A stretch of DNA of 64,000 nucleotides from Eledone cirrhosa (GCA_964016885.1 OZ024743.1:81902001-81966000), one strand, 5' to 3'; shown: positions 1 to 14,261, counted from the first letter of the stretch. The notes: a model not told the origin generated them from the letters alone. Made by a program: numbers and translations.

Positions 1-195
1 CAACATTTGCTTCCTTTGGTTAAAGGCGAACACACGCACGACCCTTTCTTAGCTCTCCCCCTTCCTCCATGAAATTGGAAATATATTTTGCTCACAACAA
101 TTATTTTTTTTATGAACTCTGAATTGATTTCATCGTGTGTCCCGATTGAAGAATAAATTGAATTTAAAATAACACATTTCAATACAACATATTTT

Positions 196-219
196 GCAAC
201 GCCGGGTGCCTATGCTAGT
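196..219 (+). mobile_element. Possible Helitron 3' terminus
   Basis: gcaacgccgggtgcctatgCTAGt resembles the 3' end of the Helitron at 31368-31395 (gggcaacgccaggccattcagCTAGt); the hairpin is incomplete. Confidence 0.4.
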
Positions 220-388
220 AGTTTCTATATTGGGCACAGTTCCAACAATCTGAAGAGGAACGTCAATATAATCGACCCCGTTACTGGTACTTTGTTTTAT
301 CGACCCAGTTAATAATAATTTAATTTGTTTGTGACGTGTCGGATGAAGTGGATATAAGAAAGAAAGGTTAAAGTGTGTGTATACATGG

Positions 389-392
<4 letters not shown>

Positions 393-464
<72 letters not shown>
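393..464. repeat. (GT)n microsatellite
   Basis: Pure GT run. Confidence 0.95.
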
Positions 465-467
<3 letters not shown>

Positions 468-677
468 ACATGGAAATCAGAAGATTAAAAACAACAATAA
501 CAATGGTCTCCAATTAAGGAAGTTGGCCAACAATTTGGTGAGAAACCGATTAAATAATTGACTAATACTTTATTTATCGACCCCGGGAAGATGAAAATTT
601 AAACTCGGCCGGATTTGAACTCAGGATCTAAAGTCCTGTGGCTAAATATCGTAAGACATCCGAATAACAATAATAAT

Positions 678-860
678 AATTGTTTCTACTTTAGGCACAA
701 GGCCAGCAATTCGCCAGTGCATTACTGGTACTTTATTTTATCGACCCCGTAAGGATGAAAGGCAAAGTCAACCTCGGCGGGATTTGAAATCAGATCGCAA
801 AGGGACATAACTATGCTGGAAAGCATGGCGTCCGACCCTCTACCGATACTGCCTATCCAC
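678..860 (-). mobile_element. tRNA-derived SINE, family S1; further partial copies at 222-310, 565-660 and 862-1050
   Basis: Reverse complement of the dispersed repeat gtggattggcagtatcggtagagggtcggacgcc...gagttcaaatcccgccgag...gcctttcatccttacggggtcgataaaataaagtaccagt...ggccttgtgcctaaagtagaaacaatt; B-box-like GAGTTCAAATCC; (TTA)n tail. Confidence 0.85.
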
Positions 861-1471
861 TGATTTCTACTATAGACACAATGCCAGGGGGAAAGAGAAA
901 GTCGATTAAATCGAATCCAGTGCATTACTGGTACTTTATTTTATCGACAGAGTCAGGATGAAAAGCTAAGCTAACCTCGGCGGGATTTGAAATCAGAATG
1001 GAAAGGACCAAAATAAATACAACATGGGATTTTTACCCAACGCTTCACAGGTTATACTAATCAACTGCCAAAGGATGATGACGCAGGGCAGGTGACAGGA
1101 GGAGGAGAAAGGAGGTAACATAGAGGAGGTTGTAGACAGGAAGACATACTTCAGAATATCATCCAATAACATTTACTAACATTTACAATGTCAGGCTCCA
1201 GCACACAACACGCCATAAACCTTAAAGACTAAGAAATTACTACTACTACCTTCGCTAGACCATAGTAGAATACTTAGCTTTACTCATAAAATACGTTACA
1301 CTTAAAGATCATAAAGGTAATATTTCAGTCACCCTAAAGGCAATTTAACCAACTCCGCCCAAACTCTAATAACTATAGTTAGCAAATATGTTTTACATTT
1401 AAAAAAATCAATTACAATTCCTCTCCCAATGTGGAAGAATAGACGTCTGCAATAGAATGATTTAATAGCAA

Positions 1472-1700
1472 GTGGAGAAACGTGGCTTAATGGTTAGGGA
1501 ATTTGACTCACTTGAGTTCGATTCTCGGAGACGCGTTGACTCTTTGGGGAAGACATTGTATTTCACGTCGCCCCAAGCAACTCAGTTAAAAAAATGAGGT
1601 CACCTTGTAATTCAAAGACCACTGAATCTCCCCGAGAACTACGTTAAGGGTACACGTGCATATGGGATAGTCACCAATTACACGTTAATATCATTAACAA
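1472..1700 (+). mobile_element. Degenerate tRNA-derived SINE, family S2
   Basis: A-box-like tggcttaatggttag and B-box-like gagttcgattc; body homologous to the minus-strand copies at 23663-23795 and 43580-43880. Confidence 0.6.
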
Positions 1701-2974
1701 GTCGATCTGTTGTTGAACCAACACGTCAACAACATTACAAGTTGATGTAATTTGATATTTTAAAATTCTACATTCCTATAACTAAAGCGACTCTTTTCAG
1801 ACTTAACTACCAACAATAATTAAGATACAAGCAGGGAAATCTCTTCAGTTTTTCAGTAACTTATCCAATTATATAAATGAGAGACGAATTGTTTGATATG
1901 TCCGTGAGGTCCCATTCTGACCCTTTTGCGTACGTTATTCCCTATATAGAGTTTTATACAGAGATGGTCTTCTAATCCCTGTCAATATAAAGACATCATG
2001 GGCTAGAAAAGACTTCTTGAAATTAATTATTGAAATAGACACAATTTCTTATAGTTTATTTTCCAGATATTTACATTACTTTAAAAATGAATAGGTTCTT
2101 CCATCATATAAAACACTGTTTTATATAAGAATTTAAATCACAACACTCCACCACTCACTAGCATCGACGCCATCATCAACACAAGCAAGCAGTTTAATCC
2201 CTAATATCCTAATGTCCTCATTAAATATACCCTCATTATCTCCAGATGAAGTGACGTTCATTAGTGATAGCTATAATAATGAGACTATTCGTAATGGTCA
2301 GTGAGTGTATAAATATACAACACAGACCACTCTAATTTCCCCAAGCGGGTCTTTTATTGTATAATCCAAGCTTCAGTTTAAACATTACGGACATAAATTG
2401 ACAGGGACGTCTTAAAGTTAATCTCATTTCATTTTCTGACGATTCACAAATAACATAGGTTTTTTTAATAGACATTCGATTAAGATAAACGATTCTTGGG
2501 GAAATAACTTGTAACTCCTTTAACCCTTTTAATCTTAGAATCCTTTCGAAAGATGATCTTCTATTTCACACTGCCTGCTCTCATATGGTTTGACGAATGT
2601 TCCAGAAATTATGTTGGTTTCATCGAGATTTGCTTTAAGGTTTGCTTTTATCAACATATCCATACATTTAAGAAACCAGATAAAGATTTTCCACAAACTA
2701 TATTAAGCAGATTTTTCTCTTTAAGGCACAGGATCAGCAAAATTTTAACTTTTGGAAAATTACCTATTGCTAAGGAAGGGCCACCTTAATATACATATAT
2801 CCGTATGTGGTTGAGAGCTGAGGGAAATGAGTACTCGGTATTGAGTAATATATACACATATATACATATGTATATATGATATGTATATATATACTCTCCT
2901 TACTATCCTTGCTTTCATATTTCTCCTTGTTCCTCTTTTCACATTAAATTTTTATATAAACAAGTACATAGATA

Positions 2975-3270
2975 CAAGAAGGGGAGAGCAAGGATAAAGG
3001 GAGAGCAATTAGAGTATTGAGAAAAGGCGAGAAAGGAGAAAAGGAGAGGCAGGAGAGTAATGAGAACAAGGAGGGCAATGAAGAAAGGAGAGCAAGGATA
3101 AAAGGAGAGCAAGGAGTGCAAGGATAAAGGGAGAGCAAGGAGAAAAGGAGAGCAAGGAGATCAATGAGAGCAATGGTAAAAGGAGAGCAAATAGAGTAAT
3201 GAGGCAAGGAGAGCAAGGAGAGGAAGGAGAAAGGGAGAGCAAGGAGAGGAAGGATAAAAGGAGAGCAAAG
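2975..3270. repeat. Purine-rich degenerate tandem repeat (AAGGAGAGC-like 9-mer)
   Basis: Repeated aaggagagc/aaggataaag units. Confidence 0.85.
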
Positions 3271-3274
3271 AGCG

Positions 3275-4358
3275 GTTAAGGCAAATATTGCTCAATTTAT
3301 GCTGGAAGCAGACAAAGGTGAAAAAATCAACTGAAGCGATACATTCGCCATGAAAATGACTTTTCTTCCTTTACAAACATCGAGTTTCCGTCTTTTGTAA
3401 CTCCTGGTACAAAAACTTTCTTCGCGAGATTTTCTATCAGCACCGATTTCCTCGACAAAGACCCTTCAACATGGAAGGATGATCCTGGTTACAAAAGTGG
3501 ACTTGAAAAACTTGAGAAGACAGTTGTGAATGATGTTGCAGAAAGAGGTGTCAAACTCATTCAGGATTACAATAACATTCTCACAAATGATGAAACTGAG
3601 AAACAATTTTTTTTACAGATCGTTACCGAAAACCGTAAAACATAACCAACTGCCACTAAATCCTCTCTTATGCAAAAATAATTGTTTCTACTTTTGGCAC
3701 AAGGCTAGCAATTATCCCAGTGTATTACTGGTACTTTATTTTATCGATCCCGTAAGGATGAAAGGCAAAGTTAACCTCAGCGGGATTTGAACTCAGTCCG
3801 TAAAGGGACGTAACTGTGCTGCAAAGCATGGCGTCCGACCCTCTGCCAATACTGCCAATCCACCGCCCTTATGCAAAAATAATGTTCAATATTCAGTGTT
3901 CAGTGTTCACATTAGTGCTCACATTATGTTTTTGATTCTATAGAAATTAATGTAAATAAAAATGCGTTTCCCTTATAGAAGTTGTGTGCTTTATTAAGAA
4001 AACCTAATATTTCTTAAGTTTTTTCATGTTATTTCAGGAATTTTTCAAATTAACTATTGGTAAATTTGATTCAGAACGTTTTTAAACATTTACTGGGGTT
4101 GCCTGGATGTGTCCACATAAATTTCTCTTAGAAGAAAAAAGAAAATGGTCGAGATAGGGAACAGTATACCGCTTTTGAACAGAATTAATCGTTGCGTATA
4201 CTATGTTCCAAATTCAAGACGTTTCAGGGTCGCCTAACAATTGTCCGATTCAGCTGAAATTTTGTACACTCCATGTTTTGTTGATTGAAAGAGGATTAGG
4301 GGGTGAGAGCAGCAACATTTTAACTTTCAGAAAATTACCTATTGCAAGGGCCACCCTA
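3275..4358 (+). mobile_element. hAT-superfamily (hATm-like) DNA transposon 3' remnant
   Basis: About 3361-3643 translates FVTPGTKTFFARFSISTDFLDKDPSTWKDDPGY...VVNDVAERGVKLIQDYNNILTNDETEKQFF, a typical transposase C-terminus; ends ...ggccacCCTA; the same ~50-bp terminus recurs at 2735-2788. Confidence 0.65.
3683..3867 (-). mobile_element. Full-length SINE S1 inserted in the hAT remnant, with target-site duplication
   Basis: Flanked by the direct repeat cttatgcaaaaataat at about 3667-3682 and 3868-3883. Confidence 0.9.
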
Positions 4359-5081
4359 ATGTAAATGTGTCCTAGAAATGCCCGGCCATTTACACATTGG
4401 TTTCATGAGCAGTCTGTTACATGGATCGTAAAACTAGAACGGTCATCATCGACTCCGACGGAGGTCCATTCCATACACACCTGGATATGTGTTCTGGCAT
4501 ATGTGCGTGGATGTGTGTGTTTATATATATGTATGTTTGTGTGTAAATATATGTATTCGTGTATCGTATGTGCGGTTGGTTGCATCCTAATGTGAATATG
4601 TGATTGTATGTATTGATGTTTACCAGGTCTGTCTGTTTGTCTGTTTGTCTGTTTGTCTGTGTCTGTGTGTAAGTTGGTACAGCTCACACATATACAAGTT
4701 GCGTCTCAAAGGAGGTTTCTCGTTTGTTTTAATAATAGAAACCCCAGTCCTAACATGCAAATATTCCTTTAGACCAGACATCAGTATGTTGCAAGGGTTA
4801 ACCCGCAAATGCTGTTGCTATTATTTTCAGCCGAATGGACTGGAGAGATATGAGGTGAAGAAGATAACACTGACACCACTTAGTACAGGAATTGAACCCA
4901 AAGCCCTATAACTGAGACATTAACACACTAACCACTAGGTCCCGGGCATTTAGGACGATGATTGTGTGTGAAAATTGATTCGTGAATGAAATTGAATATG
5001 TGTATTTATCTTTTACAATTGTCTGCATAGATGTGTGTGTGGTCCTATGTTTCAATATATAGTATGCATGTGTTTAGGTAG

Positions 5082-5218
5082 CATGTAACCCAGTACAATA
5101 GGCCTCCTGGTACAATGGGCGACATTTAAACCGGCTACCCCACTATTAGGTACCATGTAACCCAGTACAATAGGCCTCCTGGTGAAATGGGCGACATTTA
5201 AACCGGCTACTCCACTAG
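5082..5218. repeat. 72-bp tandem duplication
   Basis: catgtaacccagtacaataggcctcctggt...gggcgacatttaaaccggctac at 5082 and 5154. Confidence 0.9.
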
Positions 5219-5494
5219 TCTCTGGGGAGGAAATTAAGTGAAACACCAGCATCACAAACACAGCTGTTAAAAAGGGCGGAGAAACTCAGTCAACGGCCAT
5301 TCACCCCAACTTTGGGTTACATAGCCACACCAACCTGCAATTGGTCAAGCGTAGTGAGTATGGCTACACCTTTGACATGACCAAAACCAAACAGAAAGCG
5401 GTGGAGGTCAACAAAGCAGAGGTTCCCCTAATAGGAGTGAGATATCCTTGGATTAGAGTGGATATGTATGCTTAGAGCTGATGTTTCAGTGTGT

Positions 5495-5578
<84 letters not shown>

Positions 5579-5984
5579 ATATTTGGGTAACTGTAGGAAT
5601 GGAATGGACTTTCGTCAATTTTGACGATGATTGTTCCAGTTTTTCGATCAACAGAACAGACAGCTCATGAAATTAATATGTAAATGGCCAAGTATTTCAC
5701 AAACACGTGTTCCCATAACTTAATCCTCAGGGAGAGCGTGAAGTTGAGTGTAATAAGATTGGTCTTTGAAGTACAGGTAAAGTCCAGCTGACGGGATTCA
5801 AAAGAGTTTCTGCCAACGCAAGTTCAATAACAGTTCACACATTGACTAGATACCATACAGTGGGATCGAACCCGAGACCTAATAGGTGCGAAACAAAATT
5901 CGTAATGATTCGACCATGCTGCATCCATATTTGCCATGGTTTTACGACTGAAGCCCTTCCTAACGGCGACAAATTTATAAGAAT

Positions 5985-6105
5985 GGAGGATCGCATCAGG
6001 AAGGACATCCTGCCATAGAAGAACTACCCAGAAAAGTCTGGTAGAACCCATGCCAACATGACGTGGGGGTGGGGAAAAACATAAAAACATTTATTATGAT
6101 GATTT
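5985..6105 (+). mobile_element. Degenerate RTE-type 3' end (LINE tail or RTE-mobilised SINE)
   Basis: aggaaggacatcctgccatagaa...acccatgccaacatg...atgatga parallels the RTE 3' UTR at 41375-41523. Confidence 0.55.
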
Positions 6106-6908
6106 TATTAATGATCCTATTTAGGTTCGATTCTACCTTAGGTTGTCAACACTTTTTTGGCCCATTCCTGATAGGGTCAACACTACTTGGCCCACTGATA
6201 GGGTCGTGAGAGCAGATTCTGCAAACCCTCCTTCTTGCGGATCCAACTGATTCGGCGTGATCCACAAGCGTGACCAGCTGAGCTCATGGATGTTATCTAA
6301 CCATTGCTCAGGATCTGCCCCTGGGTCTCCCGCAGGTTTCTCTCCTTAAAAATGTTTGTCAAGTGATTCTGAAATTAAATACTGCAGACTGTGGATTCAT
6401 TCTGCAATGGGTATTGGGAATCACTGCCATCCATTTTGTTAATGTGGTAAAGTTGTAGTTTTTACAGAGGCACTCTTAATTTGATTAGTCATTCACTTCC
6501 ATTTGTAGGTAAACATCAATTCAAAGTATTGTGTCTGGTGTGTGCCTGTCTGTCTAAAGTATGTGTAGATATATGGGTGTATGTGGAGGGGTATGGTGCC
6601 GAAGGAGTCGTAGGGGTACCGTATTGACATACAGCATTTCTAAGGCATTTTAAACCTGTCGGAGCCCTTCCCTCTACAGGTCTGAATACAGCAAATTTCT
6701 TCCAGAGAAGGAGAGAGAGAGGGGGGCGGTAGAAAGAGACACAGAGGAAGAATCAACCCCAGTATTTGACCTGTATATTTTCATCGACCTCGAAAAGATG
6801 AAATGCAAAGTTGACCTCGGTGGGATTTGAACTCAGAGAGCAGAAATGTAAGGAAGCCAGAAGAGACTCCGACGTTCTCACATCTCTGTCGCCAACTTAT
6901 GTATGCCC

Positions 6909-7258
6909 ATATGTGGCATATCTGTATGGCTCTAGTGTTTATATGTGTATATGTGGCTATATATGTGTGTGTGTCTGTATGACACCATTATATATATATT
7001 AGTATGTACGTATAGATGTGTGTATATGTGGCATATCTGTATGGCTCTAGTGTTTATATGTGTATATGTGGCTATATATGTGTGTGTGTCTGTATGACAC
7101 CATTATATATATATTAGTATGTACGTATAGATGTGTGTATATGTGGCATATCTGTATGGCTCTAGTGTTTATATGTGTATATGTGGCTATATATGTGTGT
7201 GTGTCTGTATGACACCATTATATATATATTAGTATGTACGTATAGATGTGTGTATATG
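6909..7258. repeat. 115-bp tandem repeat x3
   Basis: atgtggcatatctgtatggctctagtg at 6911, 7026 and 7141. Confidence 0.95.
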
Positions 7259-7301
7259 TGTATATATGTGTATACCTGTATTGTATATAAGGGTATAAGT
7301 G

Positions 7302-7337
<36 letters not shown>

Positions 7338-8265
7338 GATGCCTATATTATTTATGTGTATGACAATATTATTTATATGCGTATATATGTATATATATAT
7401 TTGTGTATATGTAAATGATTTTATTGTATATATGGGTATATATGTATATATGTGTGTGTATATATGTACGCCTGTATTGTTTATAAGCGTATGTGCAAAC
7501 GTATGTTAATGTATATGTGTGTCTATATGTCTTTTCATGCATGTGTATGTATATGCATCTGTATTTGTTTCTGTATGTATGTGCGTCGGTATGTATACGT
7601 ATGTCTATGTGTGTTTAAGGGTGTGTACGCATATGTGTTTGTCTGTCCATGTATGTGTGTTTATGAGCATGTAAACGTATGTATATGTATAGGTGTATGC
7701 ATGGATATGCATATACGTATCTTTGCGTATGTTTGTAGCATAAGTGTATTTATATGTAAGAATGTGAGCATATATACATACATACATATATGTATATATA
7801 TATATATGAATGTTCTGTATGGTCATGCGTATATATACGTATGTTTATACGTGTGTTTATACGTATATTTATATATATATGTGTGTGTGTGTGGATGTGG
7901 ATGTGTGGCTGTGTGTGTGTATGTGTACCACTATATGAGTGTGTACAGTGCTCTCTGATGGTACATATGCACGTTTCATGGGGAAATCCAAATATTATGT
8001 TTAAAACAAATTAATTGATGATAAATAATGAAATGTCTGAATTAATTAGCTTCCACTGGGTATATACATGACGACAGTGAGTGTATATATATGTATATAT
8101 ATATTCGGTATATATGTATTCGGTATATAATGATGCAATTCACTTCTAGCACTCAACGTCATATTACTTCCTACAAACAAGGATGACGGAGTATATTAAT
8201 ATTATTTTAGTCCGCTCCCTTCCAGCCAAAATAGCCTCAGAAATGTTACCTTTTAATCAATGGTA

Positions 8266-8316
8266 ACTGTCTGAAGAAATCACGACAGCTATCGCCATTG
8301 AAATATGTATAACAGC
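8266..8316 (+). ncRNA. Type I hammerhead ribozyme motif
   Basis: ctgt-CTGAAGA-aat..cga..tcg..att-GAAA-tatgta-TA^-acag; stem I ctgt/acag. Confidence 0.7.
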
Positions 8317-8363
8317 TCAATTAATAAGGGAGCCTAACATCTTCAAATTCGCATTTTCCTCTT

Positions 8364-8399
<36 letters not shown>

Positions 8400-8487
8400 T
8401 ACGGTATACAATCATACATGTATGCATATGTATATATAAACATATATACATATATACATACACACATGCATAAACATATATATATAC

Positions 8488-8521
<34 letters not shown>

Positions 8522-8522
<1 letters not shown>

Positions 8523-8752
8523 GTAATAATAATAAATTTGAAAACTAAAATCCAAAGAGGGCTCGATAAGAATAAATATATATCAGATATATAAGAACCG
8601 TAGAGAAATATTTATTAAAATAACACATATATATACATGCATAAACATGCATATATATACATATATATAAACGTTTGAATGGACATAGAATAAAAAATGC
8701 AAATGCAGAAGATATTGTTGACAATAGTCTTTCAAGTGAACTATAACTTCCT

Positions 8753-8822
<70 letters not shown>

Positions 8823-10880
8823 TAAAATAACAGATTAAAGTTTAAGCAAAGAATCGCTGCTTTCACCCTTAACATGATCTTCTGAAACTTAAAAAAAATC
8901 AATCTGTGAACGCAGAAGTAAATATTTCGAAAAACGTTACAACCGCAGGAAGACAGGAAGACGATACTTTGGTTCCTGGAGACGTTCCCTGGCAATGAAC
9001 GGAAAAAAGCGAAGATAATACGTCATTATGTGGATCACAGAGAACAATTACACGCAAAGACAAAACCACGTCTATGGTATAACTGAAATCGTAGACTAAA
9101 ATTCTATTTAGGAAACCGAATTAATTCTCGGCTTCAGAGTTAAGAATAATGTAAATAAATTACTGGGGTTATTGAAATCAACAATAATTAACTATATACT
9201 TACACGCATCTATATACGTACATACACGTGCATACGCGAAAACAGCCGCCATGGGTATCCAAATACAGGCACGTACACAAATCCCCGCAACACATACAAA
9301 AACCCACGCAACGCCTGTACCCTCACACTTACGAACGTATACACCAAATACACATAAAACATATATTAAAATATATATATATATGTATATGCGTATGTGT
9401 GTGTTTGCGTGTATATATATATAATTATATAAACGTCTATAAATATACACACATAAATACGTATATAACGCACGCACATACATACCTACATGTAAATACA
9501 CATATGTTCGCTAAACGTACGTCAACCAAATCACAAAGTACACATATACACACACCCTACATACGTGCAATCCAGCATACACACACAAACGCAAACCTCA
9601 CGTATACACATAACCATATACACATGTACCAGTATATATAATATATACGCGTATAACAAATACAAGCAAATATACGTACGAGAAAGTATACGTACCTTCG
9701 CAAAACATACAGGTAATATATACTTACCTATAGAAATAAGTAATGGTATAAACATAAAATATACTTAGCTACCGCATCAAGACGTAAATTATCCGCGTAT
9801 AGTTCGTACTATCCGTTAGGGTATAATGTGGGGCTGTAATACAGGAAAGTGTTATGCAATTTATGTTTACAAGCCGAAATTGCCTCAGATTTTTTGTCTA
9901 AGATGTGGTCATTGGCGTAGAGTATTTCCAGGGCATCAGCGGTGCAGAGGTCACATGGTCTTTTATTTCCGTTATACGTCTAGCCTTAGCTAGGATCTCC
10001 CAGTGTAACCTATATTGGGTATGGTTGTGTTTTAGACTCCAGATATAAGCTGAAAGTGACGTCATATTCCTTCTTAAATGGTTAAGAATCTATTGAATCT
10101 ATTGGCGGTTAACCCTATGTAGGCCCTACGGGACGTGGATGTTTCAACCTTACATTTGTAGACAATGTTACTAGAGAGGCATTTCCCGGATAGTCAACCC
10201 GATTCCTACAATTGCAGTTAGTACTAGCTACAGGGTTCCACGTGTTCCTACGGCTAGGTAATTTAGCTAAATTTGAAGCAGTGATGTTATGTGCAAGGTT
10301 AGGAGTTGTAGAGTAAGACATTTTAATGGTATTTCTATTAAAAATGTTATTATATTTATGTGCTGGGGGAAAATGCTTCCCAATAAGGGAGAAAAAGATC
10401 TTAGCTAATGGCGTGGCCACCTCCATATTATATGGTGGGTTATACCATATAATACGTCGGGATCTATTTTTCCTAGGTCTATGCTCATACTCGATATATG
10501 CTACCCTATCGACAAATCCACTCCGAGCTAGAGCTTCATTGTAATATGTGGAATGGTTGGTGAAAATGTGCTCGTTTGTAGATAGACGGGAAAGCCGCAA
10601 AGAAACCTTTCTTACCAGGTTCTTGGTTATGCTGGCAGGATGGTTAGAATGCTTACTTATGTAATTAAGCGTATCATTCGGCTTTCTATACGGGTAGTGC
10701 AAGCCATTCGACAAATTCAGGGTAACATCGAGGTAATTAAGGGTGAAAGCAGCGATTCTTTGCTTAAACTTTAATATGTTATTTTAATAAATATTTGCTC
10801 TACGTTTCTTATATATTTGATATATATTTATCCTTATCGAGCCCTCTTTGGATTTTAGTCTACACATTTATTATTATTAC
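8522..10880 (-). mobile_element. 5'-truncated Penelope-like element with an inverted pseudo-LTR copy at its 5' junction
   Basis: 10737-10880 is the reverse complement of 8522-8625 plus 8818-8873 (the left copy is split by a TA-rich insert); a PLE ORF remnant lies between. Confidence 0.8.
9850..10735 (-). pseudogene. PLE RT-thumb/linker and GIY-YIG endonuclease remnant, frameshifted
   Basis: YRKPNDTLNYISKHSNHP...IIWYNPPYN...KHFPPAHKYNNIFNRNTIKMSYSTTPN...CNCRN; downstream frames give SLSAYIWSLK..WEILAKA and CDLCTADALEILY..CKHK. Confidence 0.88.
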
Positions 10881-11583
10881 TATTATTATTATATATATAT
10901 ATATGTTTGTGTGTGTATATGTATGTATACACACACACATACATACACACATGTATGTCTGTGAGTTAGTGTTTACCAAGTGAGCACCACTGCTTAATAA
11001 TCGTTACAAACGTTGTTGTTCGTGTATAAGACTTCAGCTACATAAAAACACCTCAAGCGGGTCATATATCTGACCCCTAAACTGTATGTTAGATATTATT
11101 ATCGACCCTCCTCTATCCTCATTTCGACTCCACCTAACCCTACATTTCCTTCATTTTCTTTATACCCTATGGAAGAATTGTGACTTTGACACATTTTGAA
11201 TAAATTATGAATAAAGTGTAGTCTTAGCCTAATCGATGAATCCACCGATCAAATTGTCCTTTTTCCCTATATAACACCACACGTATGGTCATGAATATTA
11301 GGAAAAGACCGAAATAATACGATAAAGATTACTAGCGGTCGAAATGGGGTTAAACGATAGAGTGCATAGATCGGAGACAAGAGAGTCACTCCAGGTAGAG
11401 CCACTACTTCTCCGAATTGAGAGAGCACAGCTCCGATACGATGGTCATGTGGTTAGAATGTCTCAGAAAAGAATCGATGGGCAGATTTACAGGAAAAACC
11501 ATCGACAAGAAACCCAGGAGTAGACCCCGAGCAAGATGGTCCGATAACAATAAATAACAATCAAGAAGATTTATTTTCAATAA

Positions 11584-11618
11584 CTTTACCGGTTTCACAT
11601 TTTAATGGTTTTCAAAGG
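11584..11618 (-). ncRNA. Hammerhead motif with U3:A8 core
   Basis: Minus strand cct-TTGAAAA-ccattaaaatgt-GAAA-ccgg-TA^-aag; stems are short and imperfect. Confidence 0.55.
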
Positions 11619-11775
11619 TTGCGATGAAGAAATGGCTATGCTGTGCTGTGTCGACACCTCATGGTATAGACGAATGTAGGTATTATTATAAGATAAAACA
11701 CTCGACGGTCAAGCTTAAACCGTTGATGTCAATAAACCATTTTCCAATGGAAATGGTTTAAGCTGACTGACGATA

Positions 11776-11864
<89 letters not shown>

Positions 11865-12285
11865 GGGCACTAGTTTAAATCTAGTTAGATCGTTACTCAA
11901 CAAAGTACTGTTTAAACGGCTGAGCACTTTTGCCGTTTAAACACATTGTTCCAGACTTTTAGCCAAAAGTGCTCATGATTGACTGGTCATATCATCAGGG
12001 GCGTGGCTTTTCCATATAAGGATACAGCTGTTGAAACGGCAAGAGTTTAGCCGTCAGGTCCCGACTCTTTATTATGCATATATATATATATATATATATA
12101 TACATACATGTATTAGTTCTGTATCATATACTCCCAATATTTATTTAATTATTTTCCTAGTATCAATCATTATAATGATAGCATACTGAAGGGATCAACC
12201 CCTGTATATATTCTTTTAATCTGTTACGGGACATAAATAAACGGAACACATAACTACGCACACGGACACATACACCCATCGTCCA

Positions 12286-12356
<71 letters not shown>

Positions 12357-12581
12357 ATTTATATATATGTGTGTGTGTGTGAATATCACGTGACAGGAAA
12401 GTGATGGTAGAATCAGTAAACTGAAGTGAATTAGTAATGTTTAACTACGCCGTATGTTTTAACTACAGAAAATCGTATATTAAGAAGAGAACAGATGAGG
12501 CTCCAGAACGGAAGACAATCTGCATTAGCGTCCCCATTCTCCTGTAGTCAAATAATAAGGTAAACTGATGAATTCAATATA

Positions 12582-12705
<124 letters not shown>

Positions 12706-12818
12706 GGGGAGGAGTCGAAGTCAGTGTTGCAGCATATGTACAAACTTTATTTGTATATTACAATTGTTTCGATATCGATCAGCTAAAGTACAATGAATGT
12801 GACGGGCTTATATATGAA

Positions 12819-12914
<96 letters not shown>

Positions 12915-12929
12915 CTTATATATAGATAC

Positions 12930-13024
<95 letters not shown>

Positions 13025-13040
13025 TATATATATATATATA

Positions 13041-13882
13041 CGAGGTGTATCAGAAAGGTTCCAGGACTGATGTCACAAAAGATTTATTTCAAACACAAAC
13101 TTCACACTAATAGTTTTCTCCTTCAAAGTAATCCCCCTGGAGTATGGAAAATTTTATATACATGTCCTCTGTTTCAGGTCGTTAAGTAATGAGCACAGAG
13201 CAACGAACAAACTTCAAGTTTCTGGTACGGTTGGGGTAAACTCCATCAGAAGCACTGGGATTGCTGCAGCAAGTATATGGAGATGAGAGGATGTTACTCT
13301 CACGTGTTTTTGTGTGGTGCAAGATGACCCCAGAAGCGGAAGGCCCTCAACAACCAGGACTGAGGTCAATGTTGAGCGCGTCAGGCAGATGGTGCGTAGC
13401 GATCGTCGGCTGACTGTTCGACTGATGGCAAATGAGCTGGGCATGAATCGGGACATGGCCTCGAAGATTCTCACTGAAGATTTGGACATGCGGAAAGTCT
13501 GCGCGAAGATGGTGCCAACACTGCTGAACGATTACCAGAAGGGTCGACGCATGCAAGTGTGCCAGGACATCCTTGAGCATCTTGAAACCGAACCAGACTT
13601 GCTAGGGACAGTCATCACCGGTGATGAGTCATGGATCTTCGAGTACGACCCGGAGGGGACCCGTTTTGAAGAGGTGGACGACATCAGAAAGGCCGTGACG
13701 ACGGAGCTGCGGAGGAACCCGGAAGAATCCTTCCAGGAGTGCATGCAAGCGTGGTAGAAAAGGATGGAAAGGTGCATTAGACTCCAGGGGGATTACTTTG
13801 AAGGAGAAAACTCTTAGTGTGAAGTTTTGGTTTGAAATAAATCTTTTGTGACATCAGTCCTGGAACTTTTCTGACCCACCTC

Positions 13883-13883
<1 letters not shown>
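13041..13883 (+). mobile_element. Internally deleted mariner (Tc1/mariner) transposon with ~100-bp TIRs
   Basis: TIR cgaggtgtatcagaaaggttccaggactgatgtcacaaaagatttatttcaaac... with its reverse complement at 13780-13883; flanked by TA within (TA)n. Confidence 0.95.
13314..13757 (+). pseudogene. Mariner transposase remnant
   Basis: DDPRSGRP, HTH region, KVCAKMVP (WVPHEL-like), ITGDESWIFEYDPE; then jumps straight to the C-terminal GTRF...CIRLQGDYFE, so the second and third catalytic Asp regions are deleted. Confidence 0.92.
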
Positions 13884-13916
<33 letters not shown>

Positions 13917-13937
13917 GAGGTGGGTCAGAAAAGTTCC

Positions 13938-14261
13938 ATGCAACTGGAGTCTTATTTTTAAAAAAATATATATATTTATTTGGTTCCTTTACCGGTTTCG
14001 CATTTCTTCTGCTTTTCAAAAGTAGAGTTGAGATGGAGGGTCTGTGGTTTTTCTCAGATGTGAGAAAATCCACAGACCCTCCATCTCAACTCTACTTTTG
14101 AAAAGCAGAACAACTGCGAAACCGGTAAAGGAACCAAATAAATATATATATATTTTTTTTAAATAAGACTCCAGTTGCATTTTCGATTTCATCATTTTTT
14201 CTTTATACTTTCACTCGTGTAGGACACCTCGGTTATTTTTCATTTTGTAAAAAAAACTCAC

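Noticed and set aside
1700-2540. Possible decayed RT coding sequence on the minus strand (…VRMGP…)
   Set aside because: Too many stops and no diagnostic motif readable by eye
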